NCBI RefSeq assembly: GCF_000196355.1
Contig: NC_007614.1
Coordinates: 990,001 to 1,022,000, forward strand
DNA length: 32,000 nt
Direction of reading: 5' to 3'
From: Nitrosospira multiformis ATCC 25196
GTDB taxonomy: Bacteria > Pseudomonadota > Gammaproteobacteria > Burkholderiales > Nitrosomonadaceae
How positions within the stretch are numbered: the stretch's first letter is position 1; every line of letters begins with the position of its first letter. The position numbers were made by a program, and so were the translations under genes. The notes below the pieces were generated by a model. It saw only the letters and a program-made list of their open reading frames with translations. It was not told the origin of the DNA and made no database searches. Shown one piece after another: positions 1 to 8,543 of this stretch.

Positions 1-768
1 ACCAGTCGTGCGGTATGGCTTGCGCTGATCACACTCAAGGGGGAGCCAGGCTATCCTTCAGCGCTTACCGCGAAAACCTGGGGGTTCTACGATGTGCTGT
101 TCAAGGGAGAACCTTTCAAATTCCAGAGGCCCATCGAACGATGGCATTCCTATGTAATGGAGAATGTGCTGCTCAAGATTTCGTTCCCCGCCGAATTCCA
201 CTCCCAGACAGCGGCGGAGTGTGCGATGCAGCTATACCCGCACGTGAAGGACCGGATTGCCGATATCCGGAAAATAACGATCCGCACCCACGAGGCCGCG
301 ATTCGTATCATCGACAAGAAGGGGCCGCTCAGCAGCCCGGCCGACCGCGACCATTGCATGCAGTATATCGTGGCAGTGGCCCTTATTTTCGGCAGGCTTA
401 CCTCTGCCGATTATGAGGATGGCGTGGCCGCCGACCCTCGCATAGATGCGTTGCGGGACAAGATAATCTGTATTGAGGATCCGTGCTTCACAAAGGATTA
501 TTACGATCCCGAAAAACGCTCCATCGCAAACGGTCTCACCCTTGAATTCAGGGACGGCAGTAAACTGGAGGAAGTGGTGGTGGAGTATCCCATCGGCCAC
601 AGGTTGCGTCGAAGCGAAGGCATTCCGCTACTGGAAGAAAAATTTAGAATCAATCTTGGGCGGCGTTTCCCCGCCCAGCAGTGCGAGGCAATCATGAATG
701 CCTGTCATGATCAAGGCAGGCTGGAAGCAATGCCGGTTCACGAGTTTATCGATCTGTTTGTGATTTAG
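1..768 (+). CDS. prpD: 2-methylcitrate dehydratase PrpD, C-terminal ~255 codons (5' end lies upstream of the window)
   Basis: Frame 1 is open from base 1 (TSRAVWLALITLKGEPGYPSALTAKTWGFYDVLFKG...) to TAG at 766-768. The GTG at 94 in the ORF track is an internal codon. The stretches TWGFYDVLFKG, HSQTAAECA, RDHCMQYIVAVALIFGRL and EYPIGH match my memory of the MmgE/PrpD family C-terminal half. Confidence 0.9.
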   Translation, partial: TSRAVWLALITLKGEPGYPSALTAKTWGFYDVLFKGEPFKFQRPIERWHSYVMENVLLKISFPAEFHSQTAAECAMQLYPHVKDRIADIRKITIRTHEAAIRIIDKKGPLSSPADRDHCMQYIVAVALIFGRLTSADYEDGVAADPRIDALRDKIICIEDPCFTKDYYDPEKRSIANGLTLEFRDGSKLEEVVVEYPIGHRLRRSEGIPLLEEKFRINLGRRFPAQQCEAIMNACHDQGRLEAMPVHEFIDLFVI

Positions 769-2275
769 GTGAGCTGGTTGCTGCTTCCGGATGTGTAACT
801 TGAGGCGGGGTGAGTTCCCTTTCGGTGAAGTCGTGACCGCTCCCCTGCCGGGAAGAGTTTGTATCCAGCAGTATCCGGAGAGTATTGAGCCTCAATCTCC
901 ACGAAGCGACGGTTGCCGGGTCTGCTGACAGGGCGGCTAGCAATTGTTCCACTCCGTCGGTATGGGAGGTGTCGCAGGTGGAGAAGAAACAGCGAAGTTC
1001 CTCACTGTTCGTGATGCCTGTCCGCTGCGCGAAGCCGGGATAATCTTCGCGCAGATGAGAAGCCAGCCATGCCTGATCGATCCATTGCTTCAACTGGCTA
1101 TAGCTGAAGCAGGTGCGTATCGCGAGATCCACAGGGTCAGCATTGCTGAGGTTTTCGATATTATCGAACCCTTCCCGCTCCAGTCTCAATTCGTGCGAGT
1201 AGCTCATTCCTGCCAGCATGGAAAGCGGCAGCGCGCGGTAGCTCATGGTGGGAATGATTCCTCTGGTCAGTTTAATGACGATCCGCTCAATTCCGAGTGC
1301 AGTCCGTTTCGGATAGAAACCGAGAAAGAAAGCAACAAGAGGCAGGAGGCTCAATCTGGCAGGCAACGGGACTTCCTGTTTCGAAAGGAGTTTTTCGCTA
1401 TTGCCTGATCTTTCAGGAGATGTGGTTTCTCCGGATTCCTCACCGGTAGAAGGCGTTGAGGGTGGGGGGAGCGCGGGTGTCGTGGCATTCACGTCGGAGG
1501 GCGCAGCGGTTGAGGGGGCAGTTGAGGACACATTCACATCGAGTTCGTGTGGCAGCAGCAGATCGAACGCAAAGGAGAGCACCAGCGCCAGCAGGCTTGC
1601 GACGATCATGCGGATAGCGCCATCGACGAACGTATTGGAAGTCAGGTCCATGGTGAAGTAGGCACGGACGACAGAGCCGATGAAATAGACGTAAGCGCCA
1701 AGGAATCCGAACTGGAAAGCCGTCAGGTTGCGGACCAGGTGGGAATAATAGGAACCATTACCCGTTTCATACAGTTCCATGAAGGGGCCCATCATCAACA
1801 TGTTCGCCCCGAGACTGAAATCCACCCCAAGTTCCGCAGACGAGGAAACGGGCTTGAACAGCAGCAGAATGGAACTACCGAGCAGCACGACGACCGTGGT
1901 CAGGCAGACGCTTCCCCTGTAAGTGCCAAAGGAAGCCCGTCGTCCCATCCGCTGACGGATTTCGCCGCGCCGCTCAGGTGGAACGTCGCGGTATAAACGC
2001 CGTTCCTTGCGGTTCGCCATCTTCATCATGTAGCTTAAGGCGAGCGATGGCACAACCAGAACCGCCAGCAGCGTCATGACAAGGTTGTACTGGAAGAAGA
2101 CCGGATCAAACCAGTGCGCAACTGCGCGGAAATCACGGTACGCAGCTGTACCGGGCCCCGGCGTTGTCCCAAACGCGGATTCCAGTCCCAGGCTCGCGAT
2201 GAAGATCGTCGGTACCGCAAATACCAGCCAATCGTACCAGTGCATGTCCCATTTTTTGCTTTCGTTCGGATCCAT
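746..2275 (-). CDS. Multi-pass membrane protein of unknown function (~509 aa) with a Pro/Ser/Thr-rich linker and a soluble C-terminal region
   Basis: Long ORF. I place the start at ATG 2275 (MDPNESKKWDMHWYDW...) because the track's start at 2479 would overlap the upstream hydrolase gene by about 190 nt. There are about five hydrophobic spans (e.g. WLVFAVPTIFIASLGL, LVMTLLAVLVVPSLAL, VCLTTVVVLLGSSILLLF, FQFGFLGAYVYFIGSVV, MIVASLLALVLSFAFDLLL). A low-complexity linker follows (SSTAPSTAAPSDVNATTPALPPPSTPSTGEESGETTSPE), then a sixth span (LSLLPLVAFFLGFY). I do not recognise the family. Confidence 0.7.
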   Translation of the reverse strand: MDPNESKKWDMHWYDWLVFAVPTIFIASLGLESAFGTTPGPGTAAYRDFRAVAHWFDPVFFQYNLVMTLLAVLVVPSLALSYMMKMANRKERRLYRDVPPERRGEIRQRMGRRASFGTYRGSVCLTTVVVLLGSSILLLFKPVSSSAELGVDFSLGANMLMMGPFMELYETGNGSYYSHLVRNLTAFQFGFLGAYVYFIGSVVRAYFTMDLTSNTFVDGAIRMIVASLLALVLSFAFDLLLPHELDVNVSSTAPSTAAPSDVNATTPALPPPSTPSTGEESGETTSPERSGNSEKLLSKQEVPLPARLSLLPLVAFFLGFYPKRTALGIERIVIKLTRGIIPTMSYRALPLSMLAGMSYSHELRLEREGFDNIENLSNADPVDLAIRTCFSYSQLKQWIDQAWLASHLREDYPGFAQRTGITNSEELRCFFSTCDTSHTDGVEQLLAALSADPATVASWRLRLNTLRILLDTNSSRQGSGHDFTERELTPPQVTHPEAATSSPKSQTDR

Positions 2276-2285
2276 ACACGTCTTT

Positions 2286-3014
2286 TCAACTTTCCTTACC
2301 TTCTGCCGCAGCGATTGCTTGATGCGCAGCCTCGATCCAGAATTGGCGATGATTGAAAGGCCGTGCGGATTGCCTGTCTGGCAAGGCCAGACTCCAACCC
2401 AGAAGCTCGATATGGTCGGCGCGCAGTGTTCCCCGAAATTTTCCCCATCCGGCAGAGGCCACGGGAACCATGCCGTCATTGTCTTCCCGCATTACCTTGG
2501 CATAGGGCCGAAGCCAGAAAGGAAGTTCCTCCAAAGGGCGACAGCTTGCATAGGAGGAGTAGGCTACATCCGGCCTATCCGGGATCTGCATTGCTTCGCA
2601 CGCCGCGGGAGTCAGTTCGGCGAGGGCCGGGGTGCCAATATGTCGAATCCAGGCAGGAACAGGTCCTTTGGCTTCGAGGAACCATTGTGCCAGGGGCGAA
2701 CCGCGATGCGGAGTGGAAACAGTAAGCAGGCTTTTTACGCGGCGATCCGCATCGAAGTGGCTGATGAGGTACCGGGCATCGAGCCCCCCCATGCTATGGG
2801 CGACCAGGGCAAAAGCTGGCGCGCGGCCGCGAAAAAGTTTATTTGCAAGTGTTTCCGCACGTTCAGCTATGGTTCCAGCGCCAGGGACTTCTGGTATAAG
2901 GGGCTTGATATCTTTGCGGGCTAATGCCTTTTCCACGCCGCGAAATTGTTCGATGGGCCCCCACCGCGAGAAGCCGAGAAAGCCGTGCAATAGCACCACC
3001 GTTGGGGTTGACAT
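2286..3014 (-). CDS. Alpha/beta-hydrolase, lipase/esterase-like (242 aa), no signal peptide
   Basis: Start taken at ATG 3014 (MSTPTVVLLHGFLGF). The track's start at 3107 is a TTG with an implausible leader. Motifs occur in the canonical order: HGFLGF (oxyanion region), AHSMGG (nucleophile elbow GxSxG), NDGMV (Asp) and ADHIE (His). The stop TGA at 2286-2288 lies 10 nt before the next gene's ATG. Confidence 0.85.
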   Translation of the reverse strand: MSTPTVVLLHGFLGFSRWGPIEQFRGVEKALARKDIKPLIPEVPGAGTIAERAETLANKLFRGRAPAFALVAHSMGGLDARYLISHFDADRRVKSLLTVSTPHRGSPLAQWFLEAKGPVPAWIRHIGTPALAELTPAACEAMQIPDRPDVAYSSYASCRPLEELPFWLRPYAKVMREDNDGMVPVASAGWGKFRGTLRADHIELLGWSLALPDRQSARPFNHRQFWIEAAHQAIAAAEGKES

Positions 3015-3092
3015 GTAACGATACTCGCAATAAATGAACTTATCCAAAGGCTTGCAGTCACGCGGCTGGCTGCGCCTGTCAACTTGTCGCCC

Positions 3093-3143
3093 CAGGATAT
3101 GGGGCAACGATATCCTGCTACCTGATTTCCTATTATAGGATAT
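3093..3143. promoter_or_regulatory. Candidate operator or structured element: three copies of AGGATAT/ATATCCT, including a perfect 8-bp inverted repeat
   Basis: CAGGATAT (3093-3100) and ATATCCTG (3110-3117) are perfect reverse complements separated by 9 nt. A third AGGATAT lies at 3137-3143. The element sits 80-130 nt upstream of the hydrolase start, in the divergent region shared with the SDR/acnA genes. Confidence 0.3.
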
Positions 3144-3465
3144 TCCGCATTCTGCGTCGGGCTGTGTTTATGCAACCAACATGTCGGGATCGCCGGGTCT
3201 CATCGACTCTGGACATTTTGTTTACATCGCTGCCCAGTCTGATTCGGAGACACGATTTTGCCGGTGCAAGTAAATCCAAAATGACATGTTCAGTCACTTC
3301 TCAAGGGGAATATAATTTGATGAGGCAATTAAACTCCAATCGGAAGCCGGATCGGAGCGAGGACCAGTCCCGAATTGTACCTTGGAGTTCTGAACGTATT
3401 TCGAGCGCCGTGCTGTTTACCCGCTTTGAGCGGCTGTATAAGCGAGGAGAGCGAGGAGCCGCAAA

Positions 3466-4230
3466 ATGAAAATGACATACGATATCAGCGGAAAGACCGC
3501 TCTTGTGACAGGAGCAAATCGTGGAATAGGCAAGGCGATTGTCGATGCGCTACTGCATCATGGCGCGATGAAAGTCTACGCTGCGGTGCGCCACCCTGAT
3601 TCTGCTAATCCGCTGGTAGAGCGCTTTGGCGATAGACTGATTCCAGTCCACCTGGATTTGGCCGTGCCGGAAAGCATTGCAGCATTGGCTGACAGAGCCC
3701 CGGATGTTCAGGTGGTGGTCAACAACGCGGCGGTTTTCAAGACCTCCACCCCGCTGGATGCCGGCGCGATAGATGCGCTTGAGATGGCAATGAAGATCAA
3801 TGTGTATGGACTCATTCGCATGGCTCAAACCTTCGCTCCCGTTCTCGCAAAAAACGGAGGAGGCGCATTCATCCAGCTCAATTCAGTTGCATCCTTGAAG
3901 TGCGCTTCAAATTTTGCGACGCATTCGGCATCCAAGGCTGCTGCCTACTCCATTACCCAGGCATTGCGCGAGCTGCTGGCCCGGCAGAGTACGGCGGTAC
4001 TGAGCGTACATCCCGGTCTGATCGCAACCGACATGAGCAGCACTGCCGGATTGGCAGGTACTGCTGCGCCTCCCTCTGTGGTTGCAGAAGGTATAATCGC
4101 TGCGCTGCGATCAGGGGATTTTCACCTTTTTCCCGATCCTATGGCTCAACGTATCGGAAATGCATACCGGAGTTTTTCTGAAAATGTCATTGAAGCGGAC
4201 ATCGAAGAATACAGGGCGGAAAAGCAATAA
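3466..4230 (+). CDS. Short-chain dehydrogenase/reductase (SDR) family protein, 254 aa, atypical active site
   Basis: ATG at 3466 is preceded by GAGGAG. It has the Rossmann motif TGANRGIGKA, an NNAAV motif and an NSVAS serine. The position expected for the catalytic Tyr of YxxxK reads HSASK (see findings). Confidence 0.9.
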   Translation: MKMTYDISGKTALVTGANRGIGKAIVDALLHHGAMKVYAAVRHPDSANPLVERFGDRLIPVHLDLAVPESIAALADRAPDVQVVVNNAAVFKTSTPLDAGAIDALEMAMKINVYGLIRMAQTFAPVLAKNGGGAFIQLNSVASLKCASNFATHSASKAAAYSITQALRELLARQSTAVLSVHPGLIATDMSSTAGLAGTAAPPSVVAEGIIAALRSGDFHLFPDPMAQRIGNAYRSFSENVIEADIEEYRAEKQ

Positions 4231-4329
4231 GTGCCGGGGGACGCGATCCCGGGCAGGATCCGTCTGGCAAGATCGATATTCATAAGGGCGGCATCATGAG
4301 GATGCAGAAATTTTTCAAGGAGTGCATTT

Positions 4330-7170
4330 ATGGCCCATAATCTGTTCAATACCCTGAAAGAGCTTTCCCTGCCCACGGGCAAAAAGGCAAAGTATTATTC
4401 GCTGCCCGCCCTGGAGGCAGCGGGTCTCGGTCGAATCTCCCGGCTGCCTGTCTCCATTCGCATCGTGCTGGAGTCCGTCCTGCGCAATTGTGACAACAGG
4501 AAGGTGACGGAGGCGCACATAAAAAGGTTGGCCGATTGGCAGCCGACCGCACCCAGACTGGATGAGATTCCATTTGTTGTATCCCGTATCGTGCTGCAGG
4601 ACTTTACGGGGGTGCCGCTATTGGTCGATCTGGCTGCAATGCGCAGCACTGCAAAAAAAATGGGCAAGGATCCGGAGATGGTGGAACCCCTGGTGTCGGT
4701 TGATCTGGTGGTCGATCATTCGGTGCAAGTCGATTACTACGGCACCGATGACGCGCTCAAGCTCAACATGGAAATGGAGTTTCACCGTAATCGGGAGCGG
4801 TACCAGTTCATAAAATGGGGCATGCAGGCCTTCGATACTTTCAAGGTTGTTCCGCCGGGTATCGGCATCGTCCATCAGGTCAATCTCGAGTATCTCGCGC
4901 GGGGAGTGCATGAAAAAGAGGGCATTCTTTATCCCGACACGCTGGTAGGCACGGATTCACATACCACCATGATCAACGGAATAGGCGTGGTGGGTTGGGG
5001 CGTTGGCGGGATCGAGGCGGAGGCCGGCATGCTGGGACAGCCGGTCTATTTCCTGACCCCTGATGTTGTCGGGGTGAACCTCACAGGAAAGCTTTCCACA
5101 GGCGTCACGGCAACCGATCTGGTGCTGACGGTTACTGAACTCCTGCGCAAATCCGGAGTGGTGGGCAAATTCGTGGAATTTTTCGGCGAGGGAACCGCGT
5201 CGCTTACGGTTCCCGACCGCGCCACCATCGGAAATATGGCACCTGAGTATGGGGCCACCATGGGTTTTTTCCCGGTCGATGACGCTACCGTGGAATATTT
5301 CCGCGGAACCGGGCGAAGCGAAGAAGAGGTCGCGGCCTTCCAATCTTATTTCAAGGCGCAGGAGTTGTACGGAGTTCCCCGCAAGGGCGAGATCGACTAT
5401 ACGCGCGAATTGGAGCTTGACCTCTCTACCGTCAAGCCTTCTCTCGCCGGACCGAGGCGCCCCCAGGATCGTATCGAGCTTGACGATGTCAAGACCCGTT
5501 TCACAGAACTCTTTTCACGGCCTGTCATGCAGGGGGGTTACGGCAGGGATGCTGCCGCCCTGAAACTTCGCTATAAGGTACATGGCAGCGAAGAGCCTGG
5601 CCCCGCCGCAGCGGCGGCCGACAGCGCCAGTGCAGACCGGAACACGGCGGCCGTAAGACCGGGGACCGAAAGAAACATCACGGAAATGGTCAATAACAGA
5701 CCTATCCTGGCCCCGGCCGAAGCCCCTGTGTATGGCGCAAACGACCTCTTCGACCTGGCCCACGCGGATATCCTGATTGCGGCCATTACATCCTGCACCA
5801 ACACCTCCAATCCCAGCGTACTGCTTGCCGCCGGCTTGCTGGCAAAGAAAGCGGTGGAAAAAGGGTTGTCGGTAAAGTGTCACATCAAGACATCGCTTGC
5901 ACCCGGGTCACGTGTCGTGACGGAGTATCTCCGCGAAACAGGCCTCTTGCCCTATCTCGATAAGCTTGGCTTCAATCTTGCCGGTTATGGCTGTACCACA
6001 TGCATCGGCAACTCAGGTCCGTTGTCCGTGCCGATTGAAGAAACGGTGGTATCCAATGATCTGGTTTGCGCCGCCGTCCTCTCCGGCAATCGCAATTTCG
6101 AGGCTAGAATTCACCCGAACATTCGTGCGAACTTCCTTGCTTCGCCCCCTCTGGTGGTTGCCTATGCTCTCGCGGGGACCATGCTCAAGGATCTGACAGC
6201 CGAGCCGCTCGGATATGGCGAGAATGGTCAGCCGGTATGGCTGGCCGATATCTGGCCACGCGATGATGAAATCCAGAGCCTGATGAAATTTGCAGCAAAC
6301 GGGGAAACATTCCGAAGGCTCTACAGCAACCTTACGCAGGATCATCCGTTATGGAACGATATATCGTCTGTTTCAGGGGAAGTCTATGACTGGCCGAAAT
6401 CGACCTACATAGCAGAACCTCCATTTTTCCAGGATTTCTCGCTGCAGCCCCGCCCGTATAATGAGATCCGGAACGCGCGGGCACTTGCCATCTTCGGCGA
6501 TTCGGTGACGACCGATCACATCAGTCCTGCCGGCAGTATCAAGGATACCTCTCCCGCGGGAAAATACCTGCTTGCAAGTGGTGTCTCCAGGTCTGATTTC
6601 AACAGCTATGGCGCGCGTCGTGGCAATCACGAGGTCATGATGCGCGGGACATTCGCCAACGTGCGCATCAAAAACCTGATGATTCCCGGCAGCGAAGGAG
6701 GTATAACGCTGCATCAGCCGGACGGGGAACAGATGAGCATCTACGATGCCGCCATGCGCTACATCGCAGAAGGTATCCCCACCGTGATATTCGGGGGAGA
6801 AGAATATGGCAGCGGATCGAGCCGCGACTGGGCGGCAAAGGGAACACAGCTATTGGGGGTCAAGGCAGTGATTGCAAAAAGCTTCGAACGCATCCATCGC
6901 AGCAACCTGATCGGCATGGGCGTGCTGCCGCTACAGTTCAAAGGCGACGACAGCGTGGAATCGCTCGGTATTCAGGGAAATGAAGCGTTCGACATCGAGG
7001 GACTGAGCAGCATCCGCCCCCAGCAGGATGTAACGCTGGTTGTACGTGACAATACCGGCTCACGCCGGGAAATCGACCTGCTGTGCAGGATAGATACCGG
7101 TATAGAGATCGACTACTATCGGCATGGAGGTATATTGCCTTATGTTCTTCGCGAGCTCATGAAGGCGTGA
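4330..7170 (+). CDS. acnA: Aconitate hydratase A (946 aa)
   Basis: ATG 4330 has AAGGAG 8 nt upstream. Hallmark aconitase stretches are present: [78 protein letters not shown] and SSRDWAAKG. Confidence 0.95.
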   Translation: MAHNLFNTLKELSLPTGKKAKYYSLPALEAAGLGRISRLPVSIRIVLESVLRNCDNRKVTEAHIKRLADWQPTAPRLDEIPFVVSRIVLQDFTGVPLLVDLAAMRSTAKKMGKDPEMVEPLVSVDLVVDHSVQVDYYGTDDALKLNMEMEFHRNRERYQFIKWGMQAFDTFKVVPPGIGIVHQVNLEYLARGVHEKEGILYPDTLVGTDSHTTMINGIGVVGWGVGGIEAEAGMLGQPVYFLTPDVVGVNLTGKLSTGVTATDLVLTVTELLRKSGVVGKFVEFFGEGTASLTVPDRATIGNMAPEYGATMGFFPVDDATVEYFRGTGRSEEEVAAFQSYFKAQELYGVPRKGEIDYTRELELDLSTVKPSLAGPRRPQDRIELDDVKTRFTELFSRPVMQGGYGRDAAALKLRYKVHGSEEPGPAAAAADSASADRNTAAVRPGTERNITEMVNNRPILAPAEAPVYGANDLFDLAHADILIAAITSCTNTSNPSVLLAAGLLAKKAVEKGLSVKCHIKTSLAPGSRVVTEYLRETGLLPYLDKLGFNLAGYGCTTCIGNSGPLSVPIEETVVSNDLVCAAVLSGNRNFEARIHPNIRANFLASPPLVVAYALAGTMLKDLTAEPLGYGENGQPVWLADIWPRDDEIQSLMKFAANGETFRRLYSNLTQDHPLWNDISSVSGEVYDWPKSTYIAEPPFFQDFSLQPRPYNEIRNARALAIFGDSVTTDHISPAGSIKDTSPAGKYLLASGVSRSDFNSYGARRGNHEVMMRGTFANVRIKNLMIPGSEGGITLHQPDGEQMSIYDAAMRYIAEGIPTVIFGGEEYGSGSSRDWAAKGTQLLGVKAVIAKSFERIHRSNLIGMGVLPLQFKGDDSVESLGIQGNEAFDIEGLSSIRPQQDVTLVVRDNTGSRREIDLLCRIDTGIEIDYYRHGGILPYVLRELMKA

Positions 7171-7185
7171 ATGCAAGAAATGCGG

Positions 7186-7244
7186 CGGCAAGGCCGGGTA
7201 ACTCGGTTCGAACTCGGGCCGGGGAGGAAAACCCGTTCTTGCCG
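7186..7244. terminator. Candidate bidirectional terminator or stem-loop between convergent acnA and the Crp/Fnr-family regulator gene
   Basis: CGGCAAG (7186-7192) pairs with CTTGCCG (7238-7244), and CGGGT (7195-7199) pairs with ACCCG (7231-7235), around a GC-rich interior. There is no clear U-tract on either strand. Confidence 0.3.
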
Positions 7245-7262
7245 AGCAACCCGGGGCTCTCC

Positions 7263-8039
7263 TCAGCTTACTGACCACAACTCCTCGCTTGTATCCTTCC
7301 TTTTGGAAGTTTGAGCAGCCTCGGCCATGGCGTGGTTCCATAGCAGCCGGTCATACTCGTCATTTACCACGGAATAGCATTCACATACGGAATCTTCCAG
7401 TTCTTCACGATCCATTACGGCTATATGCCCGCGGCTATACTGTATTGCACCGATCGTTTGCAGCTTGAGCGCAGCCTGCGTCACGCTCTCCCGCCGCACT
7501 CCCAGCATGACGGCAATCTGCTCGTGCGTCATTTGCAGTTCATGGCCCGGTAACCGGTCGAGGTTCATCAAAAGGAAGCGGGACAACTGCTGCTCTATGT
7601 TATGGTGCCGGTTGCAAACCGCATTCTGCGCTGTCTGGGTCATCAATGCCTGGGTGAAGCGCAGTATCAGATGTTGTAATTTTCCCTGCCGCTCGAATTC
7701 TTTTTTCAGCACGCTGGTTTTCATGCGATACCCGCTGCCCGCACTTTGTACCACGACGCCGGCAGGCGTACTGGCGCCCCCTAGCAATGACGAGATACCT
7801 GTCAGGCCCTCGTTGCCAATGAGGGAAAGACGTACCGATGCGCCGCTTTCCACGCTGTAGAGGGGCGCGACGATGCTCGTCGTGGGAAAATATGAATGAG
7901 TAATAATCGCTCCCGGTTCATGAATTGTTTGTCCCACTGGCATGGGCATGAATTCAAGATAAGGGAGCAGTCTCGCGTAGTCCCCCGGTGGCAGGGCGGC
8001 AAGAAGTCGATTTTGCTTCGGGCTGTGCGGTGAAAGCAT
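7263..8039 (-). CDS. Crp/Fnr-family transcriptional regulator (258 aa)
   Basis: It has an N-terminal cNMP-binding-like domain (NRLLAALPPGDYARLLPYLE...) and a C-terminal HTH (THEQIAVMLGVRRESVTQAALKLQ) followed by a CECY motif. There is no FNR-type N-terminal Cys cluster. I prefer the start at ATG 8039 because a perfect AGGAGG (8049-8054 on the plus strand) sits 9 nt upstream. The track's ATG at 8057 lies 5' of that SD. Confidence 0.85.
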   Translation of the reverse strand: MLSPHSPKQNRLLAALPPGDYARLLPYLEFMPMPVGQTIHEPGAIITHSYFPTTSIVAPLYSVESGASVRLSLIGNEGLTGISSLLGGASTPAGVVVQSAGSGYRMKTSVLKKEFERQGKLQHLILRFTQALMTQTAQNAVCNRHHNIEQQLSRFLLMNLDRLPGHELQMTHEQIAVMLGVRRESVTQAALKLQTIGAIQYSRGHIAVMDREELEDSVCECYSVVNDEYDRLLWNHAMAEAAQTSKRKDTSEELWSVS

Positions 8040-8543
8040 AACAATATTCCTCCTCATGTCAGACTGTATCGCCAGAATATGGCCTCACTCATGTCTCTGT
8101 TGAGCGGCCGGGGCGGGCGAACCGTTACCGGTATTCTTTGCGGATTTCTCTTTTCGAGCTGGATCGGTAACAGCCTCGGCTTTTTTCAGCAGGGGCAAAC
8201 CGATATACGGCATCACCGTGAATACAAGCAGTTATCGTGCCAGTATAAGAAGACGCTTTGAAACAAAGGCTTATGTTGAAAGCTGAAGAATAAAACCCTG
8301 ATTGCATTGTTGCTTGTCGGCAACAAGCCTCTATTGCATGAGAGTAACTCCCTGATTCTTCGGAATTACTTGATGTCTCCAAACAGAGACGTGAAAAAGA
8401 TGTTTTGAATCAAATACTTTTTCCCATACCCCTCTCGGATAAATCAGCGGCGCGCGGGAGTGTGAAGGAGTATAGTAAGAGTATGATATGGATGCTTACC
8501 TCCGATATTGACGAAGATCAGCAATGAAGTTCATGGAAGAAAA

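Noticed and set aside
2276-2479. Longer N-terminus (track start 2479) for the membrane protein, and TTG 3107 start for the hydrolase
   Set aside because: The 2479 start would overlap the hydrolase CDS by ~190 nt and adds a Trp/Pro/Gly-rich non-membrane leader. The 3107 TTG adds 31 residues ahead of the first beta-strand and lies inside the inverted repeat. The ATGs at 2275 and 3014 give conventional N-termini.
746-3014. Interpreting the hydrolase/membrane-protein pair as a lipase plus lipase-specific foldase (LipA/Lif) system
   Set aside because: The hydrolase lacks a secretion signal. The partner is a 6-TM, 509-aa protein rather than a single-pass ~340-aa Lif. Only the gene order is similar.
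3164-3469. 101-aa plus-strand ORF filling the hydrolase/SDR spacer
   Set aside because: It has no SD and a Ser/Arg-rich, non-globular translation, and it runs into the SDR start. It more likely represents promoter or 5' UTR DNA.
7205-7225. GGTTCGAAC, reminiscent of a tRNA T-arm/T-loop
   Set aside because: The flanking ACTCGG sequences are direct rather than inverted repeats, so no T-stem forms. No acceptor or anticodon arms can be drawn. I interpret the region as part of the acnA/Crp intergenic stem-loop.
8483-8527. 14-codon upstream ORF (MIWMLTSDIDEDQQ) after a GAAGGAG, just before the lipoprotein gene
   Set aside because: The SD-to-ATG spacing (~12 nt) is too long, the peptide is short, and conservation cannot be checked here. 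I kept it only as a note.
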